NCBI GenBank assembly: GCA_028534125.1
Contig: CM052816.1
Span: 3,474,001 to 3,538,000 of the forward strand
From: Lama glama
Lineage: Eukaryota
Direction: 5' to 3'
Length of the DNA stretch: 64,000 nt
Positions within the stretch are counted from its first letter, which is position 1. Each line of letters begins with the position of its first letter. Both the position numbers and the translations under genes were made by a program. This document shows, piece after piece, positions 1 to 13,873 of the stretch. Below the pieces are notes generated by a model. It searched no databases. It was not told the origin of the DNA and was given only the letters and a program-made list of their open reading frames with translations.

Positions 1-2531
1 TATTAAGTGCTTTCCCTGGGACCAGGATGGGTATTTTAGCAGTTCGGAGAAGCTAGGGTAGTGAGCGGACCATGTAGACACCAGGGGAAGAAAATCAATG
101 GCCATGTGACTTGTGCTGTGTCTGTTACATTGTTCCATCTGTGCTGAAGTTCTAGGCACTTCCATAGACAACTATCAGGCTCTCTGGAGTAATTTTTAGA
201 ATGAAGCAGGGCAGAAATAAATAAATGGAAAAAAAGAGAGGGACGGAGCAGGAAACAAAGATTTCTGCCTTAGGAAAGTTGGTTTGCAAATACAATCCTG
301 TTGTTTGAGAGTGTTCCTAGTTTCAACTGAAATTCTAAATTGTCTTCAAACCACTTTGATTATTAAAATTGTTTTGGGAGGATGAAGGATCTTTTTCATA
401 TTGAATTAATTTTTTTTGTTACTGCTTTTTAACAATTCAATTAAAGTTTTGGTTTTGCCAGCAGAGTTTGACAAAGGCTAATGGTAAGGATCTTTTTCAT
501 CACCAGAAGCATTTCTACATGAATAGTTAACAAGCCTGGATTTTAATTTCAGTTTGAGTAAACCCTGAAACAACTCATGCTTGGTGTTCAGAGCTACTCA
601 CACCAAAGTGGTCTAAGTGGGCTGGATGCTTGGTTTTGAGCAATATGTTTGACACTTCTGCATAGTTCTAGGAAACTTACAGGACTTCTGAAAAAAGGTT
701 ATATGGGCAAAGGAGATTGCTGAATATTGAACACTGATTTTCACAGGTGGTACCAAACTGACCTGGGTTAAAAAATTATGCTCCAACTACAGTGATTTTC
801 TTTTAAATTCAAGACAAGGTGCATAAACATGGAGGTTGCAAATTGAAGCCCAGATTGGTAGCTTCTCTGAAAAGACCAAGCAACACTGGACTGCATTCCT
901 GTGCAGCCAGGGCCCCATTAGATGGCATCGCAGCCCTTATCCCCCAGCCCTTCCCTTGCCTGCGTGTTCATGCTTGTTACCTGCTTTGTGACTTGTGGGG
1001 TTTGAAATTCATGGTGCATGTTCTATTCTCCATACCCTTCCTGGAATTTGATGAGGGCATATTAAAGGTTCTGGGAACTTGGTTAACTTTGTTTAATCCA
1101 GCATTTCCAAAATTTGCTTGAAACCCACGAGTGCAATGACTACTGATATACCCAGTAGCATTCTGTGCAACAATACATGGAGCTTGCGGGGTAGCGGGTG
1201 GAACACAGAATTAGAAATAGGACCTGAGTTCTAATCCTAACTCTTACCAGTAACATTGGATGACATTAGGGCAAATCATTATGCCTAATTTTGTTTTACA
1301 TCTATTAGAATTATTTCCATACATACCTCGGTGTATAGTGGTAATTCCAATGGCATGTTACTTGTGAGAAGTCTTTGAAAAGTGAAAAACACTACACAAA
1401 TGAAAAGTCTGTGTGTGTGTTTGTGAGGACTTTGTAGGGATAAGACATCCAGCTTCAGTGCTCAGTAAATTTCAGTGGTGTCGCATTCATCGGTCTCTTG
1501 CTGTATGTGCCCCTTTAGTTTTTTGAATAATGTTTCTATTCTGGAAAAGTTGATATTGGGTAACTTGGCTATCATTTTATATTGTAGAAAAATTCATCAA
1601 TAACTGAAAGGGAGGATGGATTAGAGGGAGGGAAGGGGAGGTATTTAGTTAATATCAAAGTCTTTTCTGTAGATGTATCAATCTTATAGAATGGATCGCC
1701 TTTTGTTTTTGATCTTTTGAGACAACTGAGATTCCATTTTCTATAATCTGTCTTGGGACATTAGGACACTGATGTAATTAAAACCATACATTTAAATTTA
1801 GGGCATTTTGCACATCGTTAGGAAGTGGAGGAACCAACCTGTCACTGATGGCTGGGAAGATAATCTTGGGAGTACATGAAAGGGTAAGGGACTCTTCATC
1901 ATACGTTCTATTTGTAGGTCCACTCATTAATAAAAACGCACTTTTGTTTTCATCGTAGAAACTGACTTGTTTCCTTATTCTCATCGTTTAGTTGAGGCCA
2001 GGCATCTTTATCTTGCTGTGGACTCTCAGGACAGGGGCAAACAGGGCAAGATTTGAGAACCAAGCATGTCTGTCACTTCTCCAGGTGCTGGGGGTAGAGC
2101 AGAGAACAACCCTGAACTCCAGGTCCTGAAGAACGCCAAATCAGTAGGAGAGATCTCCCCACACCGTCAATTCTGGTTGAAAATGCTGTTGATAGAGGAT
2201 GCCTGGAAGGTGTGGGGAGGTGGGGAGTGGCAGAGTTTTAGCTACGTTGGTCAGGAACTGCCTCTAGGAAAGAGGTGACATTTGAGTTGAAACTAAAGGA
2301 AAGAAATCCAGCATATGCAAAGGCCCTGAGGTGGGAAGAAGCTTGAAGGAGAAAGTACGGCATGTTCCAAGGACTGAAAATGTCAGTGTGGCTGAGGCAG
2401 AGTGAGTGATGAAGAATGAAAAGAAATGCAGCTGGAGAAACGGGCGTTGTATCTCACAAAGTGCTGATGCAAAGAGCTGTGTGAACATTCTTGGAAAACA
2501 AAGCACTTTTGCTATTAAGAGTTAAACCTGT

Positions 2532-2805
2532 TGTCCTGAATTGGATCCTGGAACAGGAAAGGGGCATTAAGGGAAAAACTGGTGAAATCTGAAGAAAACC
2601 TGTAGGTTAGTTAATAGTCATGTCCCAGTGTTAACCTCTTAGTTTTGACAAATATACCATCAATATGCAAGATGTTAACCTTAAGGGAAATTGGGTGAAG
2701 GGTTTACAGGAACTCTCTGTACTGTATTTGCAACCTTTCTGTAAATCAACAATTATTCCAAAATAAACAGTTTATTTTGAAAAGAAAAGAAAAGAAAAGG
2801 AAAAA
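2532..2805 (+). mobile_element. L1MC/L1MD-type LINE-1 3' end fragment with A-rich tail
   Basis: Typical old L1 3' UTR text (ttggatcctggaacag...gaactctctgtact...aaataaa), a (GAAAA)n tail, and flanking direct repeat aagagttaaacctgt at 2517-2531 and 2806-2820. Confidence 0.75.
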
Positions 2806-3307
2806 AAGAGTTAAACCTGTAGATTATATTTTACCATTTATTAAGATGCCTTAGTGACACTGCCCTAAGTTCAGATACAAAAGGCCAGTTTGGTTGGGGT
2901 GACAGAAGAGGACACTTAGGGGAAGGTGTGTGAGGGCACCCAGGCCTAGGAAGGCGGTGTCCTGGAGAAAGTGGGTTAGGGTACCAAAGTTTGACCCCAA
3001 ACTTTGAATCACAGGAGCCCAGAAGCAGCTGAACCCACTCTTTCCAAACCTGCAGTTCTGAACGAGCGCAGGGAGCCAGGGGCTGCCTTCAGTTAGTCCA
3101 CAGTGGATTTTTTAAATAGTTACGTGTTTTAATGTGCATTTTTGGAATGCATCAAAACCATGATTTACTTTGCTACATTTCTTTACTCAGTGTGTTTTTT
3201 GAGACTTATTTATGTTGTTGCATCCAATTCTAGCTCATTCATCGTAACAGCTAAAGATAACTCTCCCATTCATGGTCATTTAGTCCACTCTTTAACTTTC
3301 GCTATAA

Positions 3308-3600
3308 CAAGCAGTTTGGGATTAGCAGAAACAAACTACTATCTATAAAACAGATGAACAACATGGTCCTAGGATGTATAGCACAAGGAACTATACTCAA
3401 TACCTGGTCATCGCCTACGATGAATAAGAATATGAAAAGGAACATACATATATATGCAGAACAATCACTGTGCTGCACACCAGGAACTAACACGACATTG
3501 TAGGTCAACTATACTTCAATTAAAAACACACAAGTGCTTTTTGTGCTGTGCACCAGAAATTGACACATTGTAACTGACTATACTTCAATAAACAAACAAG
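3308..3600 (+). mobile_element. Two adjacent young L1 3'-end fragments (artiodactyl/camelid type)
   Basis: tttgggattagcag...tatagcacaaggaactatactcaata...caactatacttcaattaaaa, followed by a second ~60 bp terminus tgctgtgcaccagaaattgacacattgtaactgactatacttcaataaa. Confidence 0.75.
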
Positions 3601-4317
3601 AGGTAAATAAATGCTTTCATGGATGTTATTTAGGGTAACTACAATTTTAAAGTTAATCTACAACATTTTGATTGAACCATAGTAGAAGGGCAGTGTGAGT
3701 ATAATAAAGTTATGTAGATGCCTGAAGCTGGGGAGGCAATGAGTTAGATCAGCCGGGGGGGAGCTCATTAGAATACAGATTCCTGGGCCGGGCTCCTTGA
3801 GGTTCTGATTCCATAAGAAAGGTGGGACCTAAGAAATTATTTTGTGTTTGTTTAAATTGCAGAAGATTAGCTGCTACAAGTTATTTTACACTTCAACAAA
3901 AACATTCAGACCTCATGAAAGAATATGTAGAAATAAGAGCATGCAGTAACCCTTCGTTTCTGTTTGTATGAGAAGTAAATCTCTGGAAGTGAGCATGCAA
4001 ACTCTATATTTAGACTTTGTACGTATTGTGATTCTACTTTGGAAGGTGAAAGAAATTCCTCATTCTGAGCCCCTAAAATATAGGATTCCCCTCCGAAATG
4101 TAGGGAAAACTGATTTACACTCTGGTTTTCATAGCCTCCTTTGTGCAGACATGTTTCTTCTAGGTTCACAGTGTTCTCAGGGAGGCACAAAATAAAAATT
4201 CGTCATTTGTTCTCCTTCTGATCAAGGCCTTTTGTCAGTTGGTTATGGAAAGCTTTTGGTGGGGCACAGGCCTCAGGATACACATCCTTCCAAGACTTTG
4301 TTTCTTCTTTGACTCTT

Positions 4318-4549
4318 TTTTTTTTTTCAATTGACTTATAGTCAGTTATAATGTGTCAATTTCTGGTGTACAGCACAATGTCCCAGTCATACATAATATA
4401 TACATATATTCATTTTCATATTCTTTTTGATTAAAGGTTATTACAAACTATTGAATATAGTTCCCTGTGCTACCCAGAAGAAATTTATTTTTTATCTATT
4501 TTCATACATGGTAGTTATCATTTGCAAATCTCAAACTCCCAAATTTTTA
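4318..4549 (-). mobile_element. Young 5'-truncated L1 3' end
   Basis: Poly-T followed by tatagtcagttataatgtgtcaatttctggtgtacagca...; TSD tttgactctt at 4308-4317 and 4550-4559; same family as 13619-13873. Confidence 0.8.
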
Positions 4550-5720
4550 TTTGACTCTTGATCACAGCAGATTATGTAAAGAAGTCTAAACTAAGTCACT
4601 GCTTTACCCACTGCAAAAGTAATTATAGCCTACGAAAGCCAAGATGGTGCCTTTCGTAGCCTTGATGTAGAATGTGAGGGTGTATGTGGGGCTGTGGGAG
4701 GAAGAGTCTAAAGCTTAGAATTCCTGGGGAATCTACTGTCAAGTTCCCTTGGGAGTTCTTGAGGACCCTAAGGGCTTTCAAACTCTGAGCTGGAGTCTTT
4801 GTTGGCCACTAGTGCCTTTCCCCAGTGTCCCCTGAATCCTCTACATAGCCACGAGTGTAACCTAAGAAACCCAGATCTGTTTGTGCTACACATTAGCTGA
4901 AAATCCTCCCACTGTGCCCTAGTGGGTAAAAGTCCCTACTCTGTCGTAAGCGCTTCACATTTTCTCCCTTGTCTGCTTCCTGCAGCCCCTGCCTGCTGTG
5001 CTCCAGCAGATATAAATGCCTCAGATACTCACTCTCCACTCCGTAGGTCAAGCCACCTTAGATGGATGCTCATTTCCTGGCTCTCCACTGGGCATGCCAG
5101 TCCTCAAGGTTCTGCTCAAATGTCACCTCTTCACACCTGCTCCACCTCATCCCCTAGACAGAATTAATCCCCTCTTACGAACACTTCTGTGCAGCTCGTT
5201 GTAGTCACTCGACAAACATCACAAAGTACCTCCAACGTGCCAGGCGTGGCACTAGTGCCGAGCTCAGGTCGTTCTGATGAGGCCAGCACCCCACCTTGGA
5301 TGTGTGGCGCCTTTGAATGAATTACAAAGAGGCCCCCGCCTCCTTCTGGCTGACACAGCCCTGAGCCAATGCAGAGACTTGTCAGATATGGTCTGTACAA
5401 CCTGCAACCATAAATAATGACCCTCTAACTTAGTCTTTGGTACTGGAGATGTTTAGGTGAATCATGCTTTTTATACTGAGCCCTTTGAGGGAAGAGCATG
5501 TAGTCTCTCAGCACCTAGCTTACACATGGTAGAAACACCCATGGCAACTAGTGAATAACTGACTGCAAGACTGTTTCCTAGGACCTTCCTGCATGTGCTG
5601 GGGATGGGGTGGGGGAGGGAGGAGTGTCTCTAAAACTAGAAATAGCCCTCTTCCTATGTCTGGCTGGAGTGTAGGAGTCTGTGTGAACCCTGGGCTGCAC
5701 ATCAGAGTCACCTGGGCAGT

Positions 5721-5855
5721 GGGGAGGGTGTAGCTCAGTGGTAGAGCACATGCTTAGCATGCATGAGGTCCTGGGTTCAATCCCCAGTACCTCCATTAAA
5801 TAAATAGATAAATAAATAAATAAAACCTGATTACTACCCCCGCCCCAAAAAAACA
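5721..5855 (+). mobile_element. tRNA-derived SINE (Vic-1-like, camelid) inserted in a MER5-type hAT element (~5683-6004)
   Basis: A box (tagctcagtgg), B box (ggttcaatcc), (AAAT)n linker and C-rich end; degenerate TSD agagtcacctgggcagt / agaatcacccaggaagt; host element ends ttgagaaccactg. Confidence 0.85.
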
Positions 5856-6519
5856 CCCCGAAACAAGAATCACCCAGGAAGTTTGGCCAACTACCCATAT
5901 TCAGACCAATTGAATTAGGACCTCGGCAGGTGGGACCCAGGTATGGCTAGTTTTTTCAGTCTCCCCAGATGATTTCAATGTGCAGCTGATGTTGAGAACC
6001 ACTGACCCGGAGAGACTTGGAGAGGGAAGATGACAGCGTGTTTTCTTATTTGGTGTGACAAGCGCTCTGGAGAAGCATAAAAGCTACAAACTAAAACAGG
6101 AAAATATTGAAATGGGGCCGGGCCGGGGCAGGTGAACCACCAAGGCAGGAGAGGGCCGGGCGCTGGGGGACAGCACCTCTGTCCTCCGTCTGGCTTCCTT
6201 TGCAACAGCATGATGTTGGTGGCAGCCCTGGGGGCAAGAAGTCTGGAGGCTGCCATGCTTTTTGAAAGCCTCTCAGGAAGCCAGCCCACAGCTGTCTGGT
6301 TTGACTGTCCCTGGGCCTCCTAAGAACTAAACGCTTTCTTCCACCAGTTGTAAAAACAAGCAAAGAAGAAAGTCCCTTGGGCGTCTGAGGAAATGCTCGA
6401 AAGTAACCTCTGTTCCATGCTGTCGACTGCTGAGATGGAGTCTCAGCATTTCCTGCACCTGCTTGAGCCTAAAAAATACTTGGGTGATGAATGATTCACA
6501 CATGTCTCAATTGGCTTGA

Positions 6520-8630
6520 TTTTTTTAGGGCAGTTTTCAGGTCACAGCAAAATTGAGTGGAAAGTACAGAGAGTTCCCATATGACAACCTTCCTCTCCTC
6601 GAAACACGCAGCCTCCTCCACCATCCACGTCTCTCCCAAGCGTGGTACATTTGGCACAGCTGATGAACCAACACTGACAAGTGATCATCAACTGAAGTCC
6701 ATCGTTTACGTGAGGGTTCACACTTTGTGTGGTACATTCCACAAGTTTTGACAAATGTTTAATTTCGTGTATCTGCCATCACAGTATCATTCAGAATGGT
6801 TTTACTGCCCTAAAAATCCTCTACGCTCTACTTACTTACTCCTTCCTCCCCCAAATCTCTGACAACCACTAACCTTTCTAGTGTCTCCAAGTTTTACCTT
6901 TTCCAGGATTTCGTACAGCTGGAATTGTACAGTAGGTAGCCTTTTCAGATTGACTTCTTTCTCTTGACAATATGCTTTTAAAGTTACTGTTTCTTTTTGT
7001 GGCTTCATAGCTCATTTCTTTTTATTGTGGAATAATATTTTATAGTTTGAATATGACAGTTTATTTATCTGTTGACCTTTTGAAGGACTTCTTGGTTGCT
7101 TCCAAGTTTTGGCCATTCTGAACAAAGCTGCTATAAACATTTATATTGCAGGTTAAGGAGCATGACTGATGGATTATATAGTAAGAGTGTGTGTTTAGTT
7201 GTCGTAAGAAATTACTAAACTGTCTTCCAAAATGGCTATACCATCTTGTATTCCCACAGCTCCTATTGCTGCACATTCTTGCTGGCCTTTGGTTGGATTA
7301 TAACCATTTCAATAGGTATGTAGTGTCATCTTGTTTAATTAGCATTTCCTAATAATATATGATGTTGAACATGTTTTCATGTGCTTATTTGCCATCTGCA
7401 TATCTTCTTTGATAAGGCGTTTACTTTGATCTTTTGACCATTTTTTAGCCAGGTGGTTCATTTTCTTACTGTTGAGTTTTAAGGGTTCTTTGTATATTTT
7501 ACATAACAGTCCTTTATCAGATATGGTTTTTGCAAATATTTTCTCCCAAGCTGTCACTTGTCTTCTCATCCTCTTGACAGTGTCTTTTGCAGAGCAGAAG
7601 TTTTTAATTTTAATGAAGTCCAACTGTCACTTTTTTCTTTAATGGACCATGTCTTTGATGTTGTACCTAAAATGCCATTGCCGTACCCAGGATCACCTAG
7701 ACTTTCTATGTTATAATCTAGGAGTTTTATAACTTGGCATTTTATATTTGGGAATATGATCCATTTTGAGTTAATTTTTGTGAAGTTTAAGGTCTACATC
7801 TAAAATTTTTTTTTTTGATGTGGCTATCCAGTTATTCCAGGACCATTTGCTGAAAAAAAAAAAAACAATCGTTTCTCCATTGAATTGCCTTTGCTCCTTT
7901 GTCAAAAATAATTTGACTATATTTGTTTGGTTCTCTTCCCTGGCACTCTATTGTGTTCCACTGATTTATTTTTCTGTTCTCCGGTCAATACCATACTGTC
8001 TTGATTACTGTAGCTTTAAAATAAATCTTGAAGTTGGGTGGCATCAGTCTCCTGACTTTGTTCTTCAATACCGTGTTGACTATTCTGGGTCTTCTGCCTT
8101 TCCTCATACACTCTGGATCATTTTATCTACATCCACAAAGTAACTTGCTGGGACTTTTATTGGAATTGCACTGAATACATAGCTCAAGCTGGGAGGAACT
8201 GACGTGTTAACAATACTGAGCTCCCTGATCGATGAACATGGAATATCTATTTAAATCTTTGATTTTTTTCATCAGAGTATTGTAGCTTTCCCATTTTTGA
8301 ACTTCTATTTATTATTAGTTTTATGCCTAAGTATTTTTGTGTGTGTGCTGATGCAAAAGGTATTATGATTTTAATTTCAACTCCTAATTTTTCATTGGTA
8401 TTATATAAGAAAACAATAGACTTTGGACATTAAACTTATATCCTGCAATATTGCTTTAACAGCATATTAGTTTCAGGAGTTTTTTTTTTTTTTTGGTCTC
8501 TTCTTTGGAATTTTCTACATAGGAAATCATGTCATATGTGAACAAAGAGAGTTTTGTTTTTCTTCCTCATCTGTATCATTTTATTGCGTTTTCTTGTCTT
8601 TTTGCATTAGCTAGAACGTCCAGTATGATC
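6520..8630 (-). mobile_element. Old LINE-1 (L1MC-like), 3' UTR plus decayed ORF2 C-terminal region
   Basis: ORF 7339..7623(-) [22 protein letters not shown]...WEKIFA...MANKHMK is L1 ORF2p sequence; neighbouring frames are broken. Boundaries approximate. Confidence 0.88.
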
Positions 8631-9559
8631 TTAGCGGAAAAGCACCTCGTTCAAGCTTTGAACAAAAGCCATGACCATGAGAACTTTATAAGATATGTTG
8701 ACAACATGCACTCCATTCTCATCTCTATCCCCAGCCTTCTGCTTTCTCCTGGAACCGTCCATCCCCTCTGTCTGTGAGCATGACAGACAAAAGCCCCTAA
8801 CAACTTTCCCCTGACCCCTTAACAACCTCTGGCCACTCCCCTTCCCCTTTGCTTTATATCTGAGCCAAACTTTTCTGTTCCAAATATCCACTTCCCTGCT
8901 TCCCATTTACTCTTCAAACTAATGCAATTTGACTTCTGGCTCTATTCCTCCAATGAAGCCATCAGGCAAAAGTTCAGTGTAACTGCAATGGCTGTTTCTC
9001 AATCCTTATCTTATCTGACCTCTTTGTAGTATTTGACCCCACTGACCAAATCATGCTCCTTCCAACTCTCTCTTCCATTTTGCTCTCAGCAAGTAGTATC
9101 ATTTATCCTGATTTTCTTCTATCCTTCTACGTTTGTTCTTGCTGCTGTAGCTGGATCCTCTTTCCCTGTCTCCCTAAGTGTTAATGTCCCCGAGGACTCA
9201 ACCCACTCCTTGCTTCTTTCTTGTCATCTCCCTGTTTACTGAAGACCACCAAATCTCTGTTAGAGTTATAGCTCTCTCCTGAGCTTCAGATCCGGTCGCA
9301 AACTGCCAACTGGGCTTCTCCACCAGGATATCTCACAGGCTGCTGGAGATTTCTGTGTCTGGATCTGAACTTAGCATCTTTTAGCGCCACTCTCCTGAAC
9401 AGCTTCTAGTTCAACAACCAGATACATCCTGGATTCTTCCCTCTTGCCTCATTCCTGCCTAGAGCCCTAATCCATCCCCTACAATTAGTCCAGCCTGTTG
9501 ATTATATCCCCTCATTGTCGTTATCACCTCCCTTCCATCCCCATAGCTGTGTCCCCCAG

Positions 9560-12540
9560 ATTAATATTTGTATAAGCTGTGAGGTTAGGTTAAAGTACAT
9601 TTATTTGCCTATGGATGTCCAATTGCTCCAGCACCATTTGTTGAAAAATCTGTCCTCCATTGAATTGCACTCACACCTTTGTCAAAAACTCTGTTGGGCA
9701 TATTTGTGTGGGTCTATTTCTGGCTCCTCTATTTTTTTTGATTGAGGTATAGTTGGTATAATATTAATTTCAGATATATAATATAATTCCTCAATATTTG
9801 TATATGTTGCGAAATGATCACCACAATAAGTCTAGTTAACATCCGTCAGCACACATAGTTACAAAATAACTTTTCTTCTCACGACAAGAGCCTTTAAGAT
9901 CTATGCTCTCAGCAGTTTTCACATATGCCACGCAGCACCATTAACTGTGGTCACCATGCTGCACATTACATCCCCATGACAATAATTTTATAACCGAAAG
10001 TTTCTACCTTTTGCTTGTTTTGGGTTTCTTTTCCTCATCTTTTTCTAAGTTCTTGGGATAAGAGCTTAGATGACCAGTTTGAGGGCGTTTCCTCTTTTCT
10101 AATGTCTGCAGAAAAGTGCTATAAATTTCCCTTTCCACATTGCTTTAGCTGGGTCCCACAAGTTCTGGCATAATTTTTATTCAGCACAATGTATTTTTTT
10201 TATATTTCTTTGAGACTTATTCTTTGATCTATGGGCTATTTAGAAGTGTGTTACTTAGTTTCTAAGTCTTTGAAGCTTTTCCTGTGACCTTTTTATTATT
10301 GATTGCTAGTTTGATTCCATTGTGGGACGAGAACATACTCTATCTGATTTCATTTCTTTTAAATGTCTTGAAGTTTGCTTTGTGGCTTAGGATATTGTCT
10401 ATCTTGGTGTGTGTTTTGTGGTGACTTTATGAGAGTGTGTATTCTGCTACTGATGGGTTTTCTAAATGTTGATTAGATCTTGCTGGCTGAGCGTTGTTGA
10501 ATTCTTCTACATCCTTGCTGGTTTTATGTCTAGTTATTCTTGCAGTTAGTGAGAGGAGGTGTTGAAGTCTCCAGCTATAATTGTGAAAATTTCTACTTCT
10601 TTTTGTTCTGTCAGGTTTTGTTTCACAAATTTTGCAGCTCTGTTGTTTGATGCATATGCATTTAGGATTCGTATGTCTTGCTGGACTGGCCCTTTTATCA
10701 TTCTGTTAATGTCCTTTTCTGTCTCTGGTAATATTCTTTGGTCTCAAGTCTACTTCTATGATGGTAATATAACCACTCATGCTTTCTTTGATTAATGTTT
10801 ATATTACTGTTTACTTGGTATCTTTATTGGTTCGTAGGGCTGACATAACAAAATTGGTGGCTTAAACAAATAGACATTTATTTTTTCACAGTTCTGGAGA
10901 CTAGAAGTCTGGGACCAGGTATCAGCAGGTTTGTTTTTTTCTAAGGCCTCTGTCTTTGGTTCATAGGTGGCTGCCAAGTCTCACTGTGTCTTCACTTGGT
11001 CATCCCTTTGAGCATTTTTGTGTCCTAACTCCCTTTTTTTTTAGGGATACCAGCCATAGTGGATTAGGGCCAATCCTAATGACCCTATTAACTTAGTCAC
11101 CTCTTTAAAAGCCCTGTCTCCAAACACTGTTACATTCTGAGATGCTGGACATTACAACATCAACATTAACTTGGTGGAGGGGTGGGCAACACAGTTCAGC
11201 CCACAACAGTATATTTTCCTATACTTTTATTTTCAACCTACTTATATTTGTATATCTGAAGCATAGACAGCATATAAATTGGTCATGCCTTTTAATCTAC
11301 TCTTCCCATCTTTCTTTTAAAAATATGTATTTAGACCATTTCACTTAATTATTGATGCATTAATATCTAAGTCCCCCATTTCATATTTGTTTTCAGTTTC
11401 TTATGTGTTCTTTCTATTTTCTCTTTCTTGCCTTCTTGTGGGTTACTTAACCACTTCTTACCACTCTGTTTTGATTTATCTATAGTGTTTTTGAGTGTGT
11501 CTCTTGGTATAGCCTTTTAGCGGTTTCTTTCTGGATTGCATGAGGCATGCATAACTTACCACAGTCTGCTGGGGTCATTATTTTACCAGTTTGGGTGTAG
11601 TGTAGAAAACCTTCCTCAGCCTTCTACTATTTCTAATTGTCTGTAATACTTCCTCTGTATCAATTAAGAACCTCATTAGATAATGTTATAAATTTGGTTC
11701 AACCATTAAAAAATGATTTCTAAAGCTCAAGAGAAAGTCTATTACATTTACCAATATTTTTGCTTGCCATAGCTTTCTTCCCTCTGATATTCTAAGATTT
11801 CTTCATTTATTATTTCCTTTTTGTTTAGACAACTTCCTAAGTCATCCTGTTAGGTTAGAGCTACTGGCAACAGATTCTTTTTCATCTGAGAATGTTTTTA
11901 TTTCCCACTTTGTTCCTGAAAGATACAGAATTCATGTTTGACAGTGATTTTCTTTTATCACTTCCAAATGTTGCGCCGCTTTTTTTGGCCCCCATGGTGT
12001 CAGATGAGAAATCCACTGTCACTAAAATTGGTGTTTCCCCATAAATAAGTATCATACCTCTCTTGTTGCTGTCAAGATTTTGTCTTTGTCCATAGTTTCA
12101 GAACTTTGACTATGACTTTTCTTGATGTGGAACTATTTTTTCATTTCCCTTGTTGGAGGTTTATCTCAGCCTCTTGAATTCATAAGTTTATGTTTTTGCT
12201 CAAATAGGAAGTTTCCAGCCATTATTTCTTCTCATTAATTCAGTTCCACTCCTTCTGTCCTCTCCTTCTGGGACTCCACTGATACGAATGTTATAATCAA
12301 TCAGCGTACTGAGACTCTGTTCATTATTTTTCAGTCTGTTTTCTCTCTGTTACTCAGATTGGGTAAATTCTATAAATCTGTCCTGAAGTCCTCTGCTGCT
12401 TTCCCCTGTTATTTCCATTCCCATATTGAGCCCATCCACCCAGTTTTTATTTCAGTGATTTCATTTGTGATAGTTTTCAATGCCATGATTGTCATTTCAT
12501 TTGCTTTTGTAATTCCCACTTCTTTGCTCATAGTTCTAGA
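9560..12540 (-). mobile_element. Decayed old LINE-1 with a nested L1MA-type 3' end (~9735-10012) and an MLT1 LTR
   Basis: T-rich antisense L1 phrases (cagcaccatttgttgaaaa, gtgttgaagtctccagctataattgtg, ttccagccattatttctt). Boundaries approximate. Confidence 0.7.
10822..11208 (-). mobile_element. MLT1 (MaLR) solo LTR
   Basis: Diagnostic text tggcttaaacaa...cacagttctggagactagaagtc...acagttcagcccacaaca; similar to 35925-36308. Confidence 0.8.
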
Positions 12541-13618
12541 CATTTTTAGGGACAAGGATGCTTCTTAAAGTGATAGCCATTTATTAAGTATTTCATATTT
12601 CAGTATACATCTCCAAAACATAAAATAAACTTCGTACGTAATTGCCATTATTGCAAATAAAATATTATCAATGACTCTTTAATACCAGTCCATACTTCTT
12701 TGTTTCTCCCAAGTGTCTGTTTGATTGTTCAAATTAGTATTCAGATAAGACCCCAGAGGTTGCCTTTTGTTGTTATGTCTTTTAAGTTTCTTGTCATCTA
12801 TAATAGTGACTTCTCCCTTTTTTAATGCCTCTGACTTGTTGAAAAACTAGATGAGTTGTTCTGTGAAGTGTCCCACATTGTAGACTTTTCGGATTGTTCC
12901 ATTTCCTAGAAACTGAAATGAAAGTTAGAGGTAAATGCTTGATTAGATCTAATTTAATATTTTTGTAAAAAAAAAACTTCATAAGTGCTGTTATTAAAAT
13001 TCTAATAGTAAAAAATTGGGGAGTACCTAACTATCTATTAAAGGAGACTTATTTAGATAAATTATGACATATCCTTACAGTGTGCAACCAATCCTTTAGA
13101 CATTAAAATATGCAGTGAGAGAGGGTTTAAATTAAAATTTGAGGCTAGGAAACATGTTCATGGTGCAGTAAATGAAAAGAGCTGGTCACTAAAGCATAGA
13201 CATGCCCCGTGTGATTATGACCGGCAGGATCTACAACACAACACTGTCAGTTAGTGGTGGGATCATAAGCTATTGGTCCTATTGTAGGAAATAAAGAAAA
13301 GAGAGAGACATAATGATCATGCATCACTTTGTAATAATCGTAATACTAAACCAATGCATATTATCTTTAAGAAGCATCGCCAGAAATAAAATGGTGTAAT
13401 GAGGGTTTAAACCTCTGTGGCCTCCTACAGGTTCCTCAACAGCTCCAGGCCACCTTCTTTGAACAGGGAACACTTGGTGAGGCAAAGCAACCCATGGCTG
13501 GCTTCGATGGTTCTCTTATATTCAGAGCCCGGAAACCTGGGAATGGAGGCAAAAGGCAGCTTAGAACCAAAATGCAGACGTTGTAGTTTAACAAGTAGGG
13601 TTGTTAGCTGCTCCTTTT

Positions 13619-13873
13619 TTTTTTAATTTTTTTCAATTGAGGTGTAATCAGTTACAATGTCAATTTCTGGTGTCCAGTCATGCATATACATAACATATAT
13701 TCATTTTCATATTCTTTTTCATTAAAGGTTATTATAAGATATTGAACATAGTTCCCTGTGCTATACAAAAGAAGCTTTTTTAAAAATCTATTTATATATA
13801 TAGTAGCTAACATTTGTAAATCTCAAACTCCCAAATTTTTCCCTTCCCACCCTCTTTCCCCAGAAACCGTGTA
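13619..13873 (-). mobile_element. Young 5'-truncated L1 3' end
   Basis: Poly-T start, high similarity to 4318-4549, perfect 16-bp TSD gttagctgctcctttt at 13603-13618 and 13874-13889. Confidence 0.85.

Noticed and set aside
1822..1883. Possible exon (ttag|gaagtgg...gaaagg|gtaagg) of an upstream TIM gene such as HAVCR1
   Set aside because: No frame resembles the HAVCR1/HAVCR2 peptides I recall, the pyrimidine tract is weak, and no partner exons were found.
5721..5795. tRNA-like sequence with A and B boxes (also at ~14940-15008, ~45968 and ~56895)
   Set aside because: Several diverged copies with A-rich tails and TSDs indicate tRNA-derived SINEs, not tRNA genes.
7339..7623. ORF with L1 ORF2p similarity
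   Set aside because: Fragment of a decayed LINE-1 surrounded by stops and frameshifts; not a functional gene.
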